DNA of 64,000 nucleotides, from positions 416,001 through 480,000 of the forward strand of contig CAWDOD010000011.1 in the NCBI GenBank assembly GCA_963803805.1, in the 5' to 3' direction. Positions 9,939-18,635 of this stretch are shown piece by piece. Position 1 is the stretch's first letter. Every line of letters starts with the position of its first letter. The translations under genes were made by a program, and so were the position numbers. The DNA is from an uncultured cyanobacterium. Its GTDB lineage: Bacteria; Cyanobacteriota; Cyanobacteriia; Cyanobacteriales; CAWCAG01. The notes under the pieces are model-generated. The model did not search any database and was not told where the DNA came from. It saw only the letters and a list, made by a program, of their open reading frames with translations.

Positions 9939-10772
9939 GTGCCAGAATTACCGGAAGTTGAAACAGTCCGTAGAGGACTCAATCAACTCACTTTGCAACA
10001 AGAGATTAAGGGTGGGGAAGTGCTGTTGAAACGCAGCCTTGCCTACCCCGTTTCTGTACCTGAATTTTGGTTGGGATTAGAAGGGGTTGCGATCGCCAGT
10101 TGGCAGAGGCGGGGTAAATACTTACTTGCTCAACTTGACAATTCTGCTTGCCTTGGGGTTCATTTGCGTATGACAGGGCAGCTTTTGTGGGTCAAGCAAA
10201 CTGAACCCCTACAAAAACATACCCGCATCAGGATTTTTATTGGAGATGAAAAAGAGTTACGTTTTGTGGATATTCGTACCTTTGGCAAGATTTGGTTAGT
10301 ACCTCCCCAACAGGAAATAACTAAGGTGATTACCGGGTTGCAAAAATTAGGGCCTGAACCTTTTGAGCCTGAATTTTCTGGCCAGTATTTAGCACAAAAA
10401 TTACATAAAACCGGGCGCTCTATTAAAATTGCTCTTTTAGACCAAGAAATTGTCGCCGGAATTGGTAATATCTACGCTGACGAAGCCCTCTTTAAAAGCG
10501 GTATTCGCCCAGAAACCATCGCCAAGAATTTAAGTTTTGCTCAAGTTACTAGCTTACGTAAAGCTATTGTTGAAGTTTTGCAAACAGCTATTGACAATGG
10601 TGGTACAACCTTCAGCGACTTTCTTAATTTGTTGGGAGTGAGCGGTAACTATGGCGATCGCGCCTTAGTTTATGGCAGAAAAGGTGAGCCTTGTCGCCTT
10701 TGCGGTACAGCTATTGAACGCCAAAAGTTGGGAGGACGTTCCTCTCATTTTTGTCCTCGTTGCCAGAATTAA
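9939..10772 (+). CDS. mutM: Formamidopyrimidine-DNA glycosylase
   Basis: PELPEVE N-terminus, HLRMTG, GIGNIYADE, C-terminal zinc finger CRLC...CPRCQ. Confidence 0.96.
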   Translation: MPELPEVETVRRGLNQLTLQQEIKGGEVLLKRSLAYPVSVPEFWLGLEGVAIASWQRRGKYLLAQLDNSACLGVHLRMTGQLLWVKQTEPLQKHTRIRIFIGDEKELRFVDIRTFGKIWLVPPQQEITKVITGLQKLGPEPFEPEFSGQYLAQKLHKTGRSIKIALLDQEIVAGIGNIYADEALFKSGIRPETIAKNLSFAQVTSLRKAIVEVLQTAIDNGGTTFSDFLNLLGVSGNYGDRALVYGRKGEPCRLCGTAIERQKLGGRSSHFCPRCQN

Positions 10773-10911
10773 CCGTTTTTTCTTTAGTTGTGTCGGAAGT
10801 CAGTGCGATTAGCAACTAGTGATTAGCCAAAAGGCCACCCAAACTGTAAGCTATTGGGAGTATGACAAAATTTGTACAGTAAACGTAATTAAGTTCTTCT
10901 AGCTTAAGCTT

Positions 10912-11130
10912 ATGGCAGGCAAGATCAAAAAAGGCTCCTTAGTTCGTGCGGTGGAAGAAAAACTAGCTAATAGTCTCGAAGCGACAGCTAGCGATACCCG
11001 GTTTCCTCCTTACATATTTAAGAGTAAGGGAGAAGTTGTGGAAATAAATGAAGATTATGCTTTCGTGAAGTTTTACGTCCCAACCCCAAATATCTGGTTC
11101 CGCATTGACCAGTTGGAGCTAGCGGAGTAA
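10912..11130 (+). CDS. ndhO: NDH-1 subunit O
   Basis: [31 protein letters not shown]...[14 protein letters not shown]. Confidence 0.92.
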   Translation: MAGKIKKGSLVRAVEEKLANSLEATASDTRFPPYIFKSKGEVVEINEDYAFVKFYVPTPNIWFRIDQLELAE

Positions 11131-11145
11131 CTAATTATTACAATC

Positions 11146-12114
11146 ATGAATTCTTCCCCTAATTCTTTACCCAACCACAGCGCAGCCCTAGTCTCTATTA
11201 TTGGGGCTGGTAACGTTGGTAGTACCCTTGCCCAGAGAATTATCGAAAAAAACTTAGCAGATGTTGTCTTATTAGATATTGTTGAGGGCTTGCCCCAAGG
11301 TATTGCCCTCGATTTAATGTCATCTCAAGGGTTGGAATTACATGATTGCAGCATCATGGGTAGCAACGACTACAGCGACACCTCTGGTTCTGATATTGTT
11401 GTCATTACTGCTGGCTTTCCCCGTAGGCCGGGGATGGATCGCGATGATCTAATCAAAAGTAATGCCAAAATTGTCACTGAGGCAGCTAGACAAGCGATCG
11501 CCCATTCTCCTGATGCTTTAGTTATTGTAGTGACAAATCCCTTAGATGTCATGACCTATATGGCTTGGAAGGCAACGGATCTTCCCGTAAAAAGAATTAT
11601 GGGCATGGCTGGGGTTCTTGACTCTTCTCGTCTGCAAACCTTTATTGCCATGGAGTTAAAAGTTGCTGTTAGCAATGTTAGCGCTATGGTCTTGGGCAGC
11701 CATGGAGATTTAATGGTTCCTTTACCCAAATACTGTACCGTGAGTGGTATTCCTATCGCTGAAATGCTCGACGAAGCAACTATCGATAGATTAATAGAAA
11801 GGACTCGCCACGGGGGAGCGGAAGTCGTTAAGCTACTGAAAAAAGGAGGGGCTTACTTTGCTCCAGCTTCCTCTATTTGCTTAATGGTAGAATCCATCCT
11901 ACTAGATCAATCCCGGCTACTTCCAGCAGCAGTTTATTTACAAGGTGAATATGGCTTGAATGACATTTTCTTAGGGGTTCCTTGTCGTCTAGGAAGCCAG
12001 GGGGTAGAGGAAGTATTAGAGTTAAAGTTAACTATGGCAGAACGTTCAGCCCTGCAACTTTCTGCTGATGCAGTGAGGGAGAATATTCACAAAGCCAAGT
12101 CTTTTCTCTCTTAA
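11146..12114 (+). CDS. mdh: Malate dehydrogenase (LDH-like)
   Basis: GAGNVG, TAGFPRRPGMDRDDL, VTNPLD, GSHGD. Confidence 0.92.
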   Translation: MNSSPNSLPNHSAALVSIIGAGNVGSTLAQRIIEKNLADVVLLDIVEGLPQGIALDLMSSQGLELHDCSIMGSNDYSDTSGSDIVVITAGFPRRPGMDRDDLIKSNAKIVTEAARQAIAHSPDALVIVVTNPLDVMTYMAWKATDLPVKRIMGMAGVLDSSRLQTFIAMELKVAVSNVSAMVLGSHGDLMVPLPKYCTVSGIPIAEMLDEATIDRLIERTRHGGAEVVKLLKKGGAYFAPASSICLMVESILLDQSRLLPAAVYLQGEYGLNDIFLGVPCRLGSQGVEEVLELKLTMAERSALQLSADAVRENIHKAKSFLS

Positions 12115-12120
12115 AAAAAG

Positions 12121-12151
12121 TATAGAGACGTTCCGGCTGAACGTCTCTATA
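12121..12151. terminator. Perfect 13-bp hairpin between convergent mdh and psbY (REP-like/terminator)
   Basis: TATAGAGACGTTC-cggct-GAACGTCTCTATA, with an A-run before and a T-run after. Confidence 0.65.
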
Positions 12152-12175
12152 GATTTTTCCACTGTCAATTAGTTT

Positions 12176-12295
12176 TTAGCTTTGTTTATTTAAAAAACCT
12201 TGGGCTTGGCGCAGAGCGATAGCACCAACGTTATATAAAGCCCAACTTCCAGCCGCAATGACAGGGAGAAGAACAACTAAAATTCGCCAATCCAT
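12176..12295 (-). CDS. psbY: Photosystem II protein Y (not in ORF track)
   Basis: Manual translation [39 protein letters not shown]; purine-rich RBS (GAGG) upstream; divergent from psbQ. Confidence 0.92.
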   Translation of the reverse strand: MDWRILVVLLPVIAAGSWALYNVGAIALRQAQGFLNKQS

Positions 12296-12471
12296 TTTTT
12301 TCTTCCTCTCTTAATTTCTGTATTAAGTATTTTAAACGATTCTCATTTTTTCTGATCTGATTATATTGTCACCATAGTTGGGGATTTTTTTCAAGTAGGA
12401 ATTTGCTTGCACCCACAACCCATGGTATTTAGAATTTAGAGAGTTTTGCTTCAAAAATAATAAAGATACTT

Positions 12472-12915
12472 ATGATACGTATTCGAGCTATATTGCCCCT
12501 AATTCTGGCTTTATTTGCCACCTTTTTGGTTAGTTGTGGTTCCGGTGTTGCTCAAGCACCTCCAACCTATACACCAGAGAAAGTTGCTCAAATTGAAACT
12601 GCTTTAGTTCCTCTTAAACAAGCCCAGGAAAAATTACCAGAACTAGCTGAACTAATTGCAGATGAGGACTGGACTGATATCAGAAATTTCATTCATGGCC
12701 CCATGGGACTGCTGCGACGAAATATGAGCTATGTATCTCGCCAGCTTTTGGAAAAAGATCAAAAACCAGCTAATGAATTAGCCAAAGAAGTCTTTGCGGA
12801 TTTTGAAAAACTTGATTTGGCAGCTAAAGAGCAAAGCCTTGTTGCTACTTCAGCAAGCTTTTACAAAGTGGTTGAAGATTTTGATAACTTCCTTAAGTTT
12901 ATCCCTGGTAATTAG
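12472..12915 (+). CDS. psbQ: Photosystem II lipoprotein CyanoQ
   Basis: Lipobox LVSC, PPTYTPEK, DWTDIRNFIHGPMGLLRRNM. Confidence 0.92.
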   Translation: MIRIRAILPLILALFATFLVSCGSGVAQAPPTYTPEKVAQIETALVPLKQAQEKLPELAELIADEDWTDIRNFIHGPMGLLRRNMSYVSRQLLEKDQKPANELAKEVFADFEKLDLAAKEQSLVATSASFYKVVEDFDNFLKFIPGN

Positions 12916-12967
12916 CTAGGGTTATTGCCTTTATTTTAGATAAAGGGAAGTAGGGTAATGGGGAGAA

Positions 12968-14062
12968 ATGACCAGAGTTACAATTATTGGTGCTGGTGTC
13001 ATTGGTGCAGCGATCGCCTATGAGTTAAGTTCGGTGGAGGGGTTGGAAATAACTCTCCTAGAACGAGAAACTCCTGCCTCTGGTTCTACTGGGGCTGCTT
13101 TGGGAGTGTTAATGGGAGCTATTAGCCATAAAGTTAAAGGTAAGCCTTGGCGGTGGCGTAAAAAGAGCCTCCAGCGCTATGAGACTTTGATACCAGAGTT
13201 AGTAGCTTTGACAGGAAAACAAATACCTTTCAACCGCCGAGGTATTATCAAGTTACGCTTTGCTGGAGAAGCTGTTTCTCCTTGGGAAAAGTTAGTTGCT
13301 AAACGCCATAGTCAAAACTGGGCTTTAGAAATTTGGGATTTATCTCAATTACAAACTCAATGTCCTCAAATCCAAAACGAGAAGGTTATCGGTGCGGTTT
13401 ATTCCCCCCAAGATCGCCAGGTTAACCCCAGCCAGTTAACAGAAGCTTTGGTGGCAGCAGCAAGGTTAAAAGGAGTTCAATGCCAATTTGGGGTTGAGGT
13501 AGAAAATATCATTCCCCATAACTCCCAGAAACCTATTTCCTATCAACTTCATACCACCTCCGGCATCCTAGAAACTGAGTGGCTAATTATCGCCGCAGGG
13601 CTTGGTTCTACCCCTTTAACTGCTTCCCTTGCCCAAACTGTAGATATTCGTCCAGTTTTAGGACAGGCATTACAAGTTGAGTTAAAACAACCTTTAGGTA
13701 AGCCTGACTTTCAACCAGTAATCACCGGAGACGATACCCATATTGTCCCTTTAGGTGATAATCAATATTGGTTAGGAGCAACGGTAGAATTTCCTAACCA
13801 GGAAGTGGAATTAATAGCTCAAGAATTTTGTTTAGAAGAGTTAAAGAATAAAGCGATCGCACTTTGTCCTGCTTTAAGTGAAGCTAAAATCCTACATACC
13901 TGGTCAGGTAAACGTCCCCGTCCTGAAGGAAGACCAGCCCCTATTGTAGAAGAATTACCTAACAACCCTCAAGTACTCTTAGCGACAGCCCATTATCGCA
14001 ACGGTGTACTTCTGGCCCCTGCTACAGCTTTAGAGATTAAAAGTAAGCTTGCTAATGGCTAA
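12968..14062 (+). CDS. FAD-dependent oxidoreductase, DAO/glycine oxidase family
   Basis: GAGVIG Rossmann motif, GKRPRP, HYRNGVLLAP. Confidence 0.85.
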   Translation: MTRVTIIGAGVIGAAIAYELSSVEGLEITLLERETPASGSTGAALGVLMGAISHKVKGKPWRWRKKSLQRYETLIPELVALTGKQIPFNRRGIIKLRFAGEAVSPWEKLVAKRHSQNWALEIWDLSQLQTQCPQIQNEKVIGAVYSPQDRQVNPSQLTEALVAAARLKGVQCQFGVEVENIIPHNSQKPISYQLHTTSGILETEWLIIAAGLGSTPLTASLAQTVDIRPVLGQALQVELKQPLGKPDFQPVITGDDTHIVPLGDNQYWLGATVEFPNQEVELIAQEFCLEELKNKAIALCPALSEAKILHTWSGKRPRPEGRPAPIVEELPNNPQVLLATAHYRNGVLLAPATALEIKSKLANG

Positions 14063-14178
14063 TGGCTAATGGCTAATAGACCTGTCCATTAATTAAAATT
14101 TAGTCTAGATTTTGTAAGGGCTTCAGATTAATTTTTGGACAAGTCTAATGGCTAATGGCTAATGGCTAGTTGTTAGTT
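14050..14178. repeat. Heptamer tandem repeats (GCTAATG)n interrupted by a 71-bp inverted-repeat element
   Basis: GCTAATG copies on both sides of TAGACCTGTCCA...TGGACAAGTCTA (14077-14147). Confidence 0.7.
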
Positions 14179-14611
14179 GTTGTTGATAAACTGAGATGTG
14201 AACGCGGGCATTTTCGTGGGCAGAATTTTGCACCCAAAATTTTGTAACTGGAGTTTCTAAATCACGATTGATTTTTAGGGGTTTGCCTGCGGTGCAAGTA
14301 TAAGTTTTGAGGTTATCGCCACAGGGTAAAGCAATGTCTCCTGGTTCAATTTTAACGGTTATTGCTGTTGCCGGAGGATCTAGTTTAATAGTTTGCTTAG
14401 CTGTCTCTGGCAGGATTAAGAGATTATAGTTTTTCAGAGATTGTTTTTTTAATGAATTATCTTCACTATTAGGTAAGACAACTTCTTGAGCAAGAGATTC
14501 TTTTGCCGGGAGTATTTCTGAATCTGGAGGTAAGGTAGTTTCTGCTTGTACTGGTGTAGCTATAGTTAGTAGGAAGAAAATAATGCTGAGAATAATAATT
14601 TTCAATTTCAT
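14159..14611 (-). CDS. Secreted hypothetical protein
   Basis: Signal peptide ending VQA; 150 aa. Confidence 0.6.
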   Translation of the reverse strand: MKLKIIILSIIFFLLTIATPVQAETTLPPDSEILPAKESLAQEVVLPNSEDNSLKKQSLKNYNLLILPETAKQTIKLDPPATAITVKIEPGDIALPCGDNLKTYTCTAGKPLKINRDLETPVTKFWVQNSAHENARVHISVYQQQLTTSH

Positions 14612-14679
14612 CAGAGTTTTTGTGAATTTTTAATTGACTCTTAGAGAGAACCGAGAAAAGACTTATCCAAAAGCGATAA

Positions 14680-14739
14680 GCTAATGGCTAGTTGGTAGTT
14701 GGTAGTTGGTAGTTGCTAGTTGGTAGTTGCTAGTTGCTA
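14680..14739. repeat. Heptamer tandem repeat (G[G/C]TAGTT)n, STRR-like
   Basis: About 8 tandem 7-mers. Confidence 0.8.
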
Positions 14740-14809
14740 AAATCTTATACTTTGTGAGTATATTTTATTTGTTGGAGTTCTCTTACCAGAAGGCTTAGGC
14801 GAATAATTC

Positions 14810-15397
14810 TTAATTAACGCTGTTCCTTGCTTCCGATTGACGTGGTTGACTTAATTGTGGTTGTTCTTGTTGGAAACTGTAGCCTAGCCAGATGAAACCT
14901 CCACCGAAAACACCAATTACCCCAATTAAGATAACTGTGAGTAATTTTACTTGAGAGCGAAGTAAGTCTACTTCTTGGCTACCCCTTTGAATTTGGGATT
15001 GAGGAGGAGTTTCTTCAATACCTAGTTTTTTACGAGCAACTTCTTCAACAATTTTCTCTTCTTTTTGGTTAAAAGTAACTTGAGAATGGAGCCAGTCGGC
15101 AATTAATTTTGGGCAGTTTTTTTTAAACCAACGTATGGCGATTATTTTAAATAATGGCTTTGATATTTTCGCTATTGGTTTCATGGTTTTATTAGCCAGA
15201 CGCGAATGAAACTTTTGGTCAATGAGATTAATTGAACCTATATCATAAAGACAATCTAAGATTAGCTTAATATTAACTTCTTCTCTTTCAGTTAAATGTT
15301 GAAGGAGGACAAGAACTTGATACATAAGTTCTTTTTCTTTTTCAGCTTTTTCTGAAAGCGGCTCGATTTCAGCTAGATTTTCTGGGGTGGGGTTCAT
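14810..15397 (-). CDS. Conserved cyanobacterial hypothetical protein with C-terminal TM helix
   Basis: REEVNIKLILDCLYDIGSINLI...RWFKKNCPKLIADWL; hydrophobic segment near the C-terminus. Confidence 0.7.
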   Translation of the reverse strand: MNPTPENLAEIEPLSEKAEKEKELMYQVLVLLQHLTEREEVNIKLILDCLYDIGSINLIDQKFHSRLANKTMKPIAKISKPLFKIIAIRWFKKNCPKLIADWLHSQVTFNQKEEKIVEEVARKKLGIEETPPQSQIQRGSQEVDLLRSQVKLLTVILIGVIGVFGGGFIWLGYSFQQEQPQLSQPRQSEARNSVN

Positions 15398-15650
15398 CTT
15401 CGTCTTAACTCTTCTAACAGGCTAGGGAGGTAATAAGATCCTATATAAGTTTTGAAAAGATTGGGGACTTAAGGTGCATCAGGGTATCAAGTATTTATAT
15501 TCTTTGCTGGAATAAGAAAACGGAGATAATTTTTGGGATGTTGATATCCATTTTGAAGAAAGAAGTATTTTTGACTACACTTAAGCCAAAATTGATAATT
15601 CAATAATTGTATTTACCGCCAAGTACTCCATTGGACATAAATAAAATTAC

Positions 15651-15678
15651 TTGACAGATATGAAATTACTGCTAATAT
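15651..15678 (+). promoter_or_regulatory. Putative sigma70 promoter upstream of the repeat array
   Basis: TTGACA (15651-15656), 16-nt spacer, TAATAT (15673-15678) with extended -10 TG at 15670-15671. Confidence 0.55.
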
Positions 15679-15847
15679 ACCCTTTGTATCAGTAAAAGGC
15701 AGGGTGCAGTTTCTCTGGCATATTAATTAGACTCTGTTAAAGCAGGGTCTTTATTGTTTATTCACGTAAGTAGTCCTACCCTCGCTGAATCTGGCTGGTT
15801 AGATGATGCTTCTCTTTAGCTTCAACTTCATTCAAGAAAAACAATGC

Positions 15848-16057
15848 ACTATTCAGAAATCTCTCAGCCTCGTCTAGGAAACTTAGAGTACTACTCAGGA
15901 AACTCTTGGCCCCGCCCAAGAAACTTAGAGTACTACTCAGAAAACTCTCAGCCCCGCCCAGGAAACTTAGAGTACCATTCAGGAAACTCTCGGCCTCGTC
16001 CAGAAAAAATAGAGTACTATTCAGGAATCTTTCGGCCTCGCCCAGGGAACTTTATGT
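15848..16057 (+). repeat. Five tandem 42-bp repeats, each made of two 21-bp halves sharing a CAGGAAACT-like core
   Basis: Units start at 15848, 15890, 15932, 15974 and 16016; consensus ACTAYTCAGGAAACTCTCRGCCYCGYCCAGGAAACTTAGAGT; spanned by an open frame 15844-16059. Confidence 0.92.
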
Positions 16058-16121
16058 AACAAGTATTCTTTAGCTAAAGCATTAAGCTAAGATAAAAATA
16101 ACTATCTTATCTCTAAAGTTA

Positions 16122-16775
16122 ATGGCTATTGATCAAAGCTTAGGCAGTTTTTTTAATAAAGCTAGACTTGTTATTGATGGTTCCTTAAACCATAGTGAAA
16201 TTCAAAGTTATCTCAGTCAATACGGTTATACTCTTGAACGCCTCCAGGAAGGGAAAACCCTTTATGAAGCTGCCTTTGCTGCTAACGAAAAACAAAAGAA
16301 AGAATTTGGGGAACAAATTGAAGCTACAGCCGAGTTTAAAAAGACTTGGGAACAGTCCCAAAAGAACTATATGCGTTATGTAAAAATTGCCCGCATCGCC
16401 TTTAAAGATAAACCAGGAGTATTTACAGAATTAGCCCTTAATGGTAAACGAAAACGCAGTTTTTCGGGTTGGTTAATGCAGGCAAGCCAGTTTTATAGCA
16501 ATTTGCTAGGGAATCAGCAACGCCTCGATGCAATGGCTAAATATGGCATTACTTCAGAGATGTTAACCGCAGGGCAAACGGAATTAGACACAGTGCAAGC
16601 GGCTAACATCTCCCAACAAAAAGAAAAGGGCGATGCCCAAGCAGCAAGGGAAGTGAGGGATAAAGCTATTGATGAACTTGATGATTGGTTAAGTGATTTG
16701 ATTGCAATTAGCCGCATTGCCTTAGAAGAAAGCCCCCAGTTGATTGAGAGTTTGGGGATTGTGGAACCTTCTTAA
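16122..16775 (+). CDS. Hypothetical all-helical protein with two internal repeats
   Basis: 217 aa; YGYTLERLQEG...QKKEFGE...KIARIAF aligns with YGITSEMLTAG...QQKEKGD...AISRIAL. Confidence 0.8.
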   Translation: MAIDQSLGSFFNKARLVIDGSLNHSEIQSYLSQYGYTLERLQEGKTLYEAAFAANEKQKKEFGEQIEATAEFKKTWEQSQKNYMRYVKIARIAFKDKPGVFTELALNGKRKRSFSGWLMQASQFYSNLLGNQQRLDAMAKYGITSEMLTAGQTELDTVQAANISQQKEKGDAQAAREVRDKAIDELDDWLSDLIAISRIALEESPQLIESLGIVEPS

Positions 16776-16849
16776 TGATAATTTAAGCAGGGAAGGCATT
16801 TAGATTAGTTGTTGGAAGTGAGGGGGTGATGGGGAGAGGGTTTAATAAT

Positions 16850-16987
16850 TAAGCTAAGACGCATTTAAACTGGTATTGATCAAATCCACCTATTTTCCTC
16901 AACATCTTCACTATTACCTATTACCTATTCTCTTACAAACCAATTAAAAGCATAACAGCTTATATGGTTTAAATGTACATCAGCTTA
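16850..16987. mobile_element. Degenerate MITE-like element
   Basis: Left end TAAGCTAAGACGCATTTAAAC; two imperfect inverted right ends AATTAAAAGCATAACAGCTTA (16942-16962) and GTTTAAATGTACATCAGCTTA (16967-16987). Confidence 0.45.
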
Positions 16988-17000
16988 GCAATAACAACGA

Positions 17001-18074
17001 ATGAACAATAACCAATCCCCTAAGCAAGCCGACGACTCCTTTCGCAGCGTTCATACCAAAAACTTCAGCAACATTCTCCAACAATTAAACATCTCCCTGA
17101 TCGTCTCCACCTACCAAGCGGGCAAAGTCATTCTCTTGCGGGAGGATGAAGGAAAACTCAACACCCACTTTCGCCTCTTCCGCAAACCCATGGGTATGGC
17201 GGCTAACAACACTCGTTTAGCCATTGGTACAGCTTACCAGGTAGTGGAACTCTACAATATGCCTGCTGTGGCTCAAAAACTTGAACCTGTGGGTAAACAC
17301 GACGCTTGTTACATCCCCCGCAACGTCCATATCACCGGAGACATTGACATCCACGAAATGGCTTGGGGCAAAGAGGAACTTTGGGTTGTTAACACCCGCT
17401 TCTCTTGCCTTTGCACCATCAACACAGAATATAGCTTTATCCCCCGTTGGCGACCTCCTTTTATCACTGGTTTGGGTATGGAGGATCGTTGTCACCTTAA
17501 CGGTTTAGGCTTGGTAGATGAACGTCCTAAATACGTCACTGCTTTAGGGCAAACCAACAACCCCCAAGGTTGGCGGGAAAACAAAGCTAACGGAGGCATC
17601 TTAATGGATGTAGGAAGTAACAAAATTATTTGTCAAGGTCTTTCTATGCCCCATTCTCCCCGTTGGTATGATAATCAACTTTGGGTTTTAGAATCAGGCA
17701 ACGGTACTCTAGCAACGGTAGACTTGCAAACAGGTAAATGGACAACAGTCGCAACTTTACCAGGTTTCACTCGCGGTTTAGCCTTTTATGGCCCCCTAGC
17801 CTTCATCGGTTTGTCTCAAGTTAGGGAAACGGCGGTATTTAGCGGCATTCCCCTCACAGAGAAGCCTACAGAACGCAATTGCGGGGTTTGGGTGGTGAAT
17901 ATTCAAACCGGAGAAACGGTCGCTTTCTTGCGCTTTGAAGGGGCAGTACAGGAAATCTTTGCTGTGGGGGTAATGCAGAACATCCGCTTCCCGGAAATCC
18001 TCGAAGGAGATGAAGAACGTCTTTCTCATTCCTATGCTTTACCAGAAGAGGCTTTGCGGGATGTTGAAGTTTAG
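17001..18074 (+). CDS. TIGR03032 (DUF4915) family conserved protein
   Basis: STYQAGK, TGDIDIHEMAWG, VNTRFSCL, EDRCHLNGL, GLSMPHSPRW, PGFTRGL. Confidence 0.88.
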   Translation: MNNNQSPKQADDSFRSVHTKNFSNILQQLNISLIVSTYQAGKVILLREDEGKLNTHFRLFRKPMGMAANNTRLAIGTAYQVVELYNMPAVAQKLEPVGKHDACYIPRNVHITGDIDIHEMAWGKEELWVVNTRFSCLCTINTEYSFIPRWRPPFITGLGMEDRCHLNGLGLVDERPKYVTALGQTNNPQGWRENKANGGILMDVGSNKIICQGLSMPHSPRWYDNQLWVLESGNGTLATVDLQTGKWTTVATLPGFTRGLAFYGPLAFIGLSQVRETAVFSGIPLTEKPTERNCGVWVVNIQTGETVAFLRFEGAVQEIFAVGVMQNIRFPEILEGDEERLSHSYALPEEALRDVEV

Positions 18075-18284
18075 CTAATTGCTAATTGCTAATGGCTATT
18101 TGCTAATGACTAACTGTTTTCAATAAAGATATCTTCAAACAAAGACTGCTTGACTCTGAAGTTTATTTTTATTAACCGTTGATAAAGATTATCCAAATCT
18201 TCAATATTTATTTTACCCTCCTTACTTATTTCAAAAACGAGCTTAAATCCCAATGCGACCCTACTACTAGGTCTATCTGCGACG

Positions 18285-18432
18285 ATAGACTAACCTTGAA
18301 TTAACCAGCTAAAGATAAGCAACGAAGAGCGAAGCGGTTAGGAAGGGGTGTGGGGAAACACTTGTTTCCCCGCTGGGGGGTTTGGGGGGCTAGTCCCCCA
18401 ATAAAACTAATTCTACCAACAGATTGACTATA
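18285..18432. mobile_element. Putative MITE with GC-rich internal hairpins
   Basis: Imperfect ends ATAGACTAACCT / AGATTGACTATA; internal GGGGAAAC-actt-GTTTCCCC and TTGGGGG-gctagt-CCCCCAA hairpins in an AT-rich intergenic region. Confidence 0.45.
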
Positions 18433-18635
18433 AGAAGGATTGGCGAGAAATGAGGGATACGAAAGTAGTTTATCTGTTTAGCTAGAGGCTTGGACACGAA
18501 AATGATTGGAATCAATTAGTGCTTGAAGCACCGATTAAAAAGAGAAAGTTCTCTTTTTGTTCTAGCTTATTGAAAAGCTGAACTTAGTCAAGCGATCGCC
18601 TGAGTAAGTTCTTTTGTCATCAGCTAATCTTCCTT

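Noticed and set aside
15848-16057. CRISPR array
   Set aside because: Units are contiguous and similar along their whole length, with no unique spacers; no cas genes in the window
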